Of a stretch of 64,000 bases of DNA, positions 58,266-64,000 are shown piece by piece. The notes under the pieces are model-generated. The model saw only the letters and a list, made by a program, of their open reading frames with translations, ran no database searches and was not told the origin of the DNA. How positions within the stretch are numbered: position 1 is the stretch's first letter; each line of letters opens with the position of its first letter. Origin of the DNA: Escherichia virus TH54; sequence record MT446420.1, one strand, 5' to 3'. Position numbers and translations under genes: made by a program.

Positions 58266-58461
58266 CAGAATTATTCTTAATGATAGGAATTATCTCATTA
58301 GAGATTTCTTCTGCATAAGGGTCATTGATACAGTGAGCATCTTCAAAACGAACACCATAATCAGACTTCTTATAAGAGAAGCCATAAATCTTTTTAAACT
58401 TGGCACGAGTAATGCGTACCGGTTCATTAGACTTATCGGACATCGGAGCGTAATACCACAT
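58222..58461 (-). CDS. hypothetical protein
   Basis: 79 aa. Confidence 0.4.
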   Translation of the reverse strand: MWYYAPMSDKSNEPVRITRAKFKKIYGFSYKKSDYGVRFEDAHCINDPYAEEISNEIIPIIKNNSDDMWELHNDYVAEI

Positions 58462-58573
58462 ATATTCTCCTCATATTGTGTAAAGTAATAGTATCGCAGT
58501 TTTTTGGAGTTGTATACTGCTTCTGCAATATTCTAAAAATAATTTATCCTCCTATCACATCCTTGTGATAATT

Positions 58574-58807
58574 TTAGCAGCTACTCGGATACCAGATTTT
58601 ACCATCGGCACGAGCAACGAAGGTACGACCAGCTTCTTCACCATAACAAGAGCTGTTCAACCAGTCTTCAAGACGGACTTCGCCGTCATAATCATCAAGC
58701 TCAACACCAAAATCTTGAGCAGAAGCCATATCTTTTACTTTCTTATACAGTGCAGCCAGTTCAAGGGCAGCTTTTTCTAATTCAGCATGTTCAACAGCAG
58801 TAGTCAT
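58574..58807 (-). CDS. small paralog, C-terminal WxSSxC family
   Basis: Track ORF trimmed to MTTAVEH after AAGGAAAT; ends WYPSSC. Confidence 0.5.
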   Translation of the reverse strand: MTTAVEHAELEKAALELAALYKKVKDMASAQDFGVELDDYDGEVRLEDWLNSSCYGEEAGRTFVARADGKIWYPSSC

Positions 58808-58817
58808 TTTTATTTCC

Positions 58818-59045
58818 TTAGCAAGACATAGAGGAGTTAAACCAGAAACCTTTACCATCTGGGATACCATAATCACCGCGAATCCAGTCATACTCTTCGT
58901 ATTCTGGACAACCCGCAGGAATATATCGTTGAAGACTGTCAGCATACACATGAAAGTATTCACCAGTTTTATCGGCCAGTTGTTCACCTTCACAGATTAG
59001 TGCACGGATTTGGTCTTCAATTTCTTTAACAGTTTTAGCAGTCAT
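58818..59045 (-). CDS. small paralog, C-terminal WxSSxC family
   Basis: 75 aa; ends FWFNSSMSC. Confidence 0.5.
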   Translation of the reverse strand: MTAKTVKEIEDQIRALICEGEQLADKTGEYFHVYADSLQRYIPAGCPEYEEYDWIRGDYGIPDGKGFWFNSSMSC

Positions 59046-59054
59046 TTTATTTCC

Positions 59055-59252
59055 TTAGCATTCGTAAGAGGAGGACACCCAGGAGCCACCCGTAATTGTA
59101 ATACAGCCATTGTAAATCGTGATATGACGGTCCAGATGGTTTTCACCTTCGATATAGATGTCGGCTTCTTCACGTTCTTCTTTACAAATCTGGATAACGT
59201 TTTCAATAGCTGCCGCGGCAGTACGGATTGCACAATCTAATTCACGAGACAT
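59055..59252 (-). CDS. small paralog, C-terminal WVSSSxEC family
   Basis: 65 aa; ends GGSWVSSSYEC. Confidence 0.5.
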   Translation of the reverse strand: MSRELDCAIRTAAAAIENVIQICKEEREEADIYIEGENHLDRHITIYNGCITITGGSWVSSSYEC

Positions 59253-59261
59253 AATAATTCC

Positions 59262-59543
59262 TTAACATTCAACAGAAGAGGACACCCAACCACCATTTTC
59301 CAGGTCAGTTGTATAGTCATGAGTATTAACAATAGCCCATTCAGGATGACCATGTTCTTCCCAATGAGCAAGGTCGGCTTTCAAGGCGCCAGGAGAATAA
59401 TAGTCACCGCCCATACCGCGAGCAGGGTATATATTAAAATGAGTCTCATATTTGTCTGCAATTTCCTCGGCACGACGAATAGCTTTATGGATATCATTTA
59501 CTGCGGCCAGAAGCTCTGGTTGGTTATGGTTATCATTCATCAT
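59262..59543 (-). CDS. small paralog, C-terminal WVSSSxEC family
   Basis: Track ORF trimmed to MMNDNHNQ; ends GGWVSSSVEC. Confidence 0.5.
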   Translation of the reverse strand: MMNDNHNQPELLAAVNDIHKAIRRAEEIADKYETHFNIYPARGMGGDYYSPGALKADLAHWEEHGHPEWAIVNTHDYTTDLENGGWVSSSVEC

Positions 59544-59544
59544 A

Positions 59545-59835
59545 TTAGCACACCTCAGAAGAGGAAACCCAGGCACCAACAGTAACAATGCCGTTTTCAA
59601 CTTGCCCGCCGTTGTTTTCAATATGGTGGGCGAACCATTCGGAACATTCATAACCGACTGGGTGATATGTACGGCCGGTGCCGTAATCGCCAGTGCTGAA
59701 TTCGATACCATATTCATCTGCGATTTCTTCACAGTGTTTTTCAATTTCAGAGGTCTTATTTAGAAGAGAATAGATAGCTTTTTCTGCAGATTTCTCATCA
59801 TAATACTTGGGGATAGCAATTTCAATTTTATTCAT
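59545..59835 (-). CDS. small paralog, C-terminal WVSSSxEC family
   Basis: 96 aa; ends GAWVSSSEVC. Confidence 0.5.
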   Translation of the reverse strand: MNKIEIAIPKYYDEKSAEKAIYSLLNKTSEIEKHCEEIADEYGIEFSTGDYGTGRTYHPVGYECSEWFAHHIENNGGQVENGIVTVGAWVSSSEVC

Positions 59836-60248
59836 GATTTACATTCCTTAATAAAGGTTTCAAGGTCATTACGTTTTGTTTTGTCTAGAAACTTATTATA
59901 CTCAGCCATTGCCGAAGCATATCTCTTACGACTAGGAGCATTCACGGCGTTTGTGTGACAAATATCATACACAACCGGGATAAAATAAGCCACAATAGCC
60001 GGAGCGATTATCATAAAGAAACCCATCTCAATAGGCATGACTCCCTCGATTGCAGCCATAACCGTGGTCATTACCAGACCAACCAAACCACCAAGCATGG
60101 CGGTGACAATCCCTAATAATAAATTGCCACCAATATCATATTCAGCCAATTGATAAACATGTGAGGCAAGACTAGGCCGTTCCATTACGAACCTCCTTAA
60201 TAAATTCTTCGGCACATTTAATTTTGTGCTCTTCTTGTAGGGAAACAC
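59832..60248 (-). CDS. membrane protein, FIxEC C-terminal family
   Basis: TM helices; C-terminal ETFIKECKS; start uncertain. Confidence 0.45.
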   Translation of the reverse strand: MFPYKKSTKLNVPKNLLRRFVMERPSLASHVYQLAEYDIGGNLLLGIVTAMLGGLVGLVMTTVMAAIEGVMPIEMGFFMIIAPAIVAYFIPVVYDICHTNAVNAPSRKRYASAMAEYNKFLDKTKRNDLETFIKECKS

Positions 60249-60567
60249 ATTTTTGTTCCCACGCTTTAACTCGCCCGCGATAACCTTTATTCATATGATT
60301 TTGATGCCACACGTTTATCAATAACATGCTCAGGACTGTAATAAAAGGTGCTGCAATTACTAGCGTCCAGGCGACTCCAACACTAATGATATTCATATCT
60401 CCACAAAGCACCATCATTATAACCCCAACGATGCACATGGACAGAGCTCCAAATGGAGGCATAAGGTCTTTATCAATCTTGTCTGCGTATACAAATTTTT
60501 CTGGTTTACTTGGCAGATATAACGTTCGCATTTTGAACCTCTTTAGCATATTCACGACATTCAGCAA
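60172..60567 (-). CDS. membrane protein, FIxEC C-terminal family
   Basis: TM helices; C-terminal EEFIKEVRNG; start uncertain. Confidence 0.45.
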   Translation of the reverse strand: MLNVVNMLKRFKMRTLYLPSKPEKFVYADKIDKDLMPPFGALSMCIVGVIMMVLCGDMNIISVGVAWTLVIAAPFITVLSMLLINVWHQNHMNKGYRGRVKAWEQKCVSLQEEHKIKCAEEFIKEVRNGTA

Positions 60568-61078
60568 TAAAACGATTAAGCTTACGTTTCCGTTTACGAC
60601 ATTCTAATGTGTACTCAGCCGCCAAATCAAAAAGCTCATCTTTATCATAATTTTTAATATCAGTATAAGTTGGGCGGCGGTCAACCATTCCAAAGTGGTC
60701 ACCATTTTCCAACATCAAATAACACACCAAATGGTCATCATCGTCCGCATTAATAAGCTGCTTATAATCACTTGGTTCATTTAACGCATACACAGAATAA
60801 CTCAGTCCAGCGAATTCCACTCGTTGAATACCCAGATTTACATCAATAATTTCCAAGGCATCTGCGAAAGAAAGGTCTTCAGCTAAAGCAAAAATAAAAG
60901 GCAATTTGGTAGTATCACCGCGACTTGTTGTTCTTCTTAAGAAATCATTGGAATAGCCCAGGTCACCACGGATTCTATAAAGAACTGTATTAGTTTCAGT
61001 GGCAAGACCGCTACCACCAAACCAGTCTACATTTGATATAAGGTCAGTGTATAAGCTCATAATTTTCTCCTCTCCCAA
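60506..61078 (-). CDS. hypothetical protein with FIAEC C-terminal motif
   Basis: 190 aa soluble N-domain; C-terminal RKRKRKLNRFIAECREYA. Confidence 0.5.
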   Translation of the reverse strand: MGEEKIMSLYTDLISNVDWFGGSGLATETNTVLYRIRGDLGYSNDFLRRTTSRGDTTKLPFIFALAEDLSFADALEIIDVNLGIQRVEFAGLSYSVYALNEPSDYKQLINADDDDHLVCYLMLENGDHFGMVDRRPTYTDIKNYDKDELFDLAAEYTLECRKRKRKLNRFIAECREYAKEVQNANVISAK

Positions 61079-61104
61079 TTAGGGGGCAAAGCCCCCATTT
61101 TATC

Positions 61105-61698
61105 TTACTTAAGCGAATTGATATATTCTTCAATGTCAGCGGATGTGGTATCCACACCAACCTGTGGGCCTTTGAAGGTTTCAACACGCATCAGAGTGTC
61201 TTCAATATCAATCTTAGTCAATGCAGCGATTTCAACAACATCATCTGCAGTCGCAATACCTAGGGCAGATACTTTACGGGTTTCGCGGATGTATTCCAGT
61301 TTAACAGCTAGTTCCTGACGAGAGTCATCTAGCTCTTTAACTTTCAATTTAATTTCATTACGCATTTCAACATAATCATCTGCCTTCTTACGAAGTTGTT
61401 TAGCAGTGCGACGATACAGGAGACCCAGTTTAGCATGGACCTGGACATCTGCACCATCAGCAATCAGTTTGCGGATTTCACGCTCTTTTGAAGCGGCGAG
61501 TTGGTCTTTTTCATTCGCTAACTCGCGGATGCGTTTTTCTTCATTAACAGACTTAACGTGGGCAGTCTGGAGCTCAGTAATCTTGTCAATCAGGGTAGAA
61601 GCCGCTTGAGTATATTGGTCTTCAATAGACAGGTTTTTTGCCATTGCAGTACCCAGTTTGGAGCGGATGAATTCAACAAGTTTCTTTAAAGTATTCAT
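61105..61698 (-). CDS. coiled-coil protein, possibly PspA/IM30-like
   Basis: 197 aa, helical heptad pattern throughout; family call tentative. Confidence 0.4.
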   Translation of the reverse strand: MNTLKKLVEFIRSKLGTAMAKNLSIEDQYTQAASTLIDKITELQTAHVKSVNEEKRIRELANEKDQLAASKEREIRKLIADGADVQVHAKLGLLYRRTAKQLRKKADDYVEMRNEIKLKVKELDDSRQELAVKLEYIRETRKVSALGIATADDVVEIAALTKIDIEDTLMRVETFKGPQVGVDTTSADIEEYINSLK

Positions 61699-61773
61699 GG
61701 TATTTCCTTCAGTTGGTTAATGTTTTATTATCCAGGGAACATACTATCATGTTCCCAGAGGTTTGTAAACATT

Positions 61774-62172
61774 TTATTTCATTTTTGCGAGGCAGATTTC
61801 ATTGGCTTCCCATTGAGCTTGCTTAATAATAGCTTTGGATACAGGAACCTTTTGACCATAAGTTTTTGACGTTGAGAGAACAATATATTTGTTTGCCTCA
61901 TTATGCCAACCCCATGATTTTTCGCCATGAGTACCTTTAACAACAGCTGACACCTCAACAGAACAACCATCAGCGCCAATCTTGGTATCAACAATCCATT
62001 CATTTCGCTTAATTGCTGCTTCCAATGTTGCTGCTTCCGCCATCCAGTGCGTTTCAGGGTCTATTTGTTCAATCTCACGAGTTAACGCAACTCCCAGGTC
62101 TTTTGCATATTTTTGTTGTTCAGGAGTTAATGAATCATATAACTTCTTCATTTCTTTATCTTCAATATTCAT
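61774..62172 (-). CDS. hypothetical protein
   Basis: Track ORF trimmed to ATG after TTGAGGAAAA; a GNRA-loop hairpin GGGGCGAAAGCCCC sits just upstream. Confidence 0.45.
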   Translation of the reverse strand: MNIEDKEMKKLYDSLTPEQQKYAKDLGVALTREIEQIDPETHWMAEAATLEAAIKRNEWIVDTKIGADGCSVEVSAVVKGTHGEKSWGWHNEANKYIVLSTSKTYGQKVPVSKAIIKQAQWEANEICLAKMK

Positions 62173-62206
62173 AATATTTTCCTCAAGGGGCTTTCGCCCC
62201 AATCAT

Positions 62207-62512
62207 TTAGATTTTGTTTTCCTGTACACCATAATAAAGCTCATCAGACACAATATCCAGGATGCGGCGAACATATTCATCATGGTATTGACAGTCAAAA
62301 TCAAATGCAACAGTAGTTTCCGCTTCACGAGTGAATTTAACTTGCACATTCAGGTGATTAACAACGTTAGTTAATTTATCAGTAAAGAACTCTTTTGCTA
62401 CCGCCTGTTGGACTTGCACTTTGAACTTGGTGTTACGAATCATATTTTCAGCAGATGCGAAATTACCAGTTTTATCAAAGTCAACAAGCGCCAGGTTGAT
62501 GATGAATTTCAT
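62207..62512 (-). CDS. hypothetical protein
   Basis: 101 aa; own promoter. Confidence 0.5.
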   Translation of the reverse strand: MKFIINLALVDFDKTGNFASAENMIRNTKFKVQVQQAVAKEFFTDKLTNVVNHLNVQVKFTREAETTVAFDFDCQYHDEYVRRILDIVSDELYYGVQENKI

Positions 62513-62550
62513 TTTATTCTCCAGTGTTTTATTTGGTAACTCAGTATGGA

Positions 62551-62583
62551 ATCATTATGCCTTAAAGCAGGGGGCTTGTATAC
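62551..62583 (-). promoter_or_regulatory. early-type sigma70 promoter with CCATACTGAGTTACC leader
   Basis: Reverse complement GTATACA-N16-GCATAATGAT; the -35 lies in a GGGGG/CCCCC hairpin loop. Confidence 0.5.
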
Positions 62584-62594
62584 CCCCTTTTTAA

Positions 62595-63026
62595 TTAAAT
62601 TTCAAATTCTTTGCGGAAGTTGGAAGCATAAGACTGAACTGATGCTTTGTTGAATCCAAACTCACGCACAATCATATCAATAACAGCTCTACGAGCAGCA
62701 CCATTAGACATATTGACAGTTTTGAACATATCATAGCATAAATCTTTGTTGCTCATGCCGGAGCGTTTAGGTGCCTTACGTTCAGCTTTAGGAGTAGGTT
62801 TAACTTCTGGTTTAACCTGTCCATCATTCAGACCTTTAAAAATTTTACCTGCCAGCGTTGCCAGTTTAGCAGCTTCGCCACGAGTGATACCAAATACTGC
62901 CGGGTTAAATGAAATACCTTCAGCTGTCAGACGTTTGAAGAACATACGTGCTGCGGATTGTGCTTCAGCTTCAGAAGAGTTGTTTAATGCCAGTTTAATG
63001 TACTTAACCAGTTTTGAAGTTTTCAT
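62595..63026 (-). CDS. hypothetical protein, C-terminal paralog of 63479..63904
   Basis: 143 aa; C-terminal NGAARRAVIDMIV...KASVQSYASNFRKEF. Confidence 0.5.
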   Translation of the reverse strand: MKTSKLVKYIKLALNNSSEAEAQSAARMFFKRLTAEGISFNPAVFGITRGEAAKLATLAGKIFKGLNDGQVKPEVKPTPKAERKAPKRSGMSNKDLCYDMFKTVNMSNGAARRAVIDMIVREFGFNKASVQSYASNFRKEFEI

Positions 63027-63065
63027 TTTATTATCCCGTTTGTTTATTTGTTAACTCAGTATGGA

Positions 63066-63098
63066 ATCATTATGTCTTAGTTAAATTCCAAAGTACAC
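63066..63098 (-). promoter_or_regulatory. early-type sigma70 promoter with CCATACTGAGTTAAC leader
   Basis: Reverse complement GTGTACT-N17-CATAATGAT. Confidence 0.5.
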
Positions 63099-63099
63099 A

Positions 63100-63396
63100 T
63101 TAATTTTCAGAAGTTGGGAAATAAACTTCAAAGTCATACATGTTTACTACCGCAGACGCGATTGCCTGGTACTGCATACCTAAGAAAGTTTTCTTATTCT
63201 TGCGCCACAAGTTAACCATTTCTGTTTTGATGCATGCCAGGGAATAGTTGGATGCAGGATACTGTTTGATGATTGCAACAACTTCTTCAGAAGCAGTTTC
63301 ACACAATTCATTCAGTTGAGCTTCAATTTTAGCAGAAATGATTGCTTTGTTTTCTTCTTGAGCTTGGGTAGCGTGCCATGCAGGTGCGTTAAACAT
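63100..63396 (-). CDS. hypothetical protein
   Basis: 98 aa. Confidence 0.5.
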   Translation of the reverse strand: MFNAPAWHATQAQEENKAIISAKIEAQLNELCETASEEVVAIIKQYPASNYSLACIKTEMVNLWRKNKKTFLGMQYQAIASAVVNMYDFEVYFPTSEN

Positions 63397-63434
63397 TTTA
63401 TTCTCCAGTGTTTTATTTGTTAACTCAGTATGGG

Positions 63435-63467
63435 ATAATTATACAATATCCCACCTGGAAGTAAAAC
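63435..63467 (-). promoter_or_regulatory. early-type sigma70 promoter
   Basis: Reverse complement GTTTTAC-N17-TGTATAATTAT. Confidence 0.5.
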
Positions 63468-63478
63468 ACTTTTCTCAA

Positions 63479-63904
63479 TTATTTTTGAGCTTTGCGGAAG
63501 TTGGAAGCATAAGACTGAACAACAGTCTTTTTGATATCATGGGTGGTAACCAGAACATCAATCAGAGCGCGTCGAGCTGCATTATCATTCATATCAATTT
63601 CTGCAAATGCCTGGAAGCAAATGTCACGGGCGTTACCCGATTTGGACCGGATTTTTTCTTCTTTAACTTCTTCAATTGGGAATTCAATCATTTCAGCTTG
63701 GATTAATTCAATGATAGATTCTTTTGACTGTTTGGTGTTTACCTTCAGTTCAGAATTAAGGGACTTGGCGATGGCAACAATCTGGGTTGAAGTCAGATGA
63801 ATAAGTGCATCTTCACGAATGCAGATTTCACATACTTCGTCAGCAACCATTTTGTTGGTGATGCGGGTAACAGAGAATGCAGAGGTCAGGGTCAGAAAGT
63901 TCAT
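63479..63904 (-). CDS. hypothetical protein, C-terminal paralog of 62595..63026
   Basis: Track ORF trimmed to MNFLTLT after GGAGAAATAAA; C-terminal DNAARRALIDVLV...KTVVQSYASNFRK. Confidence 0.5.
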   Translation of the reverse strand: MNFLTLTSAFSVTRITNKMVADEVCEICIREDALIHLTSTQIVAIAKSLNSELKVNTKQSKESIIELIQAEMIEFPIEEVKEEKIRSKSGNARDICFQAFAEIDMNDNAARRALIDVLVTTHDIKKTVVQSYASNFRKAQK

Positions 63905-63951
63905 TTTATTTCTCCAAAGTTTTGTTTGATTCAGTGTGTAACTCAGTATGG

Positions 63952-63984
63952 AATCATTATGCACCCGGTCAATTCGGATGTACA
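63952..63984 (-). promoter_or_regulatory. early-type sigma70 promoter with CCATACTGAGTTAC leader
   Basis: Reverse complement GTGTACA-N17-GCATAATGAT. Confidence 0.5.
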
Positions 63985-64000
63985 CTACTTTTTGAAGAAA

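Noticed and set aside
58462-58573. AT-rich gap after nudE-region genes examined for tRNA genes (T4 has a tRNA cluster after the e.x genes)
   Set aside because: No cloverleaf-compatible sequence, conserved T-loop (GTTCRA) or acceptor-stem pairing found by eye.
62568-62590. Hairpin followed by TTTTT on the plus strand, resembling a plus-strand terminator
   Set aside because: No plus-strand gene ends here; on the minus-strand mRNA it is an intercistronic hairpin whose loop carries the -35 of the next promoter.

Overview
This 64 kb window reads as the early/middle gene region of a T4-like (T-even type) myovirus. Nearly all genes lie on the minus strand in a tightly packed, often overlapping array. 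Recognisable T4-family genes, in ascending coordinate order, are: dexA, dda, modA/modB ADP-ribosyltransferases, soc, dCTPase 56, primase 61, spackle, dmd, helicase 41, 40, uvsX, imm, DNA polymerase 43, regA, clamp loader 62/44, clamp 45, rpbA, 46/47 (Rad50/Mre11-like), sigma factor 55, nrdH/nrdG/nrdD, endonuclease VII (49), nrdC, rI, tk, regB, three internal-protein genes, denV, lysozyme e and nudE. All identifications are from reading the translated ORFs against remembered T4-family proteins and motifs; no database search was run. I found no rRNA, tRNA, CRISPR array or homing endonuclease. The intergenic DNA holds a repeated sigma70-type early promoter module (GTGTACA/GTTTACA -35, TATAAT-like -10) with two conserved leader classes, plus intercistronic stem-loops, several with UUCG or GNRA tetraloops. 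Many ORF-track N-termini are over-extended through these leaders or use GTG/TTG, so starts were corrected where an ATG with a Shine-Dalgarno sequence was visible. The candidates most worth follow-up are: a terminator-bounded operon encoding a Pol-beta-type nucleotidyltransferase with a membrane protein and a small basic protein; a three-gene internal-protein cassette; a five-gene array of small paralogs with a conserved C-terminal WVSSSxEC motif; a macro-domain protein; extra genes and a dmd paralog in the dmd/spackle locus; and a lipoprotein occupying the position where T4 carries beta-gt and gene 42, with no glucosyltransferase or dCMP hydroxymethylase recognisable anywhere in the window although dCTPase is present.
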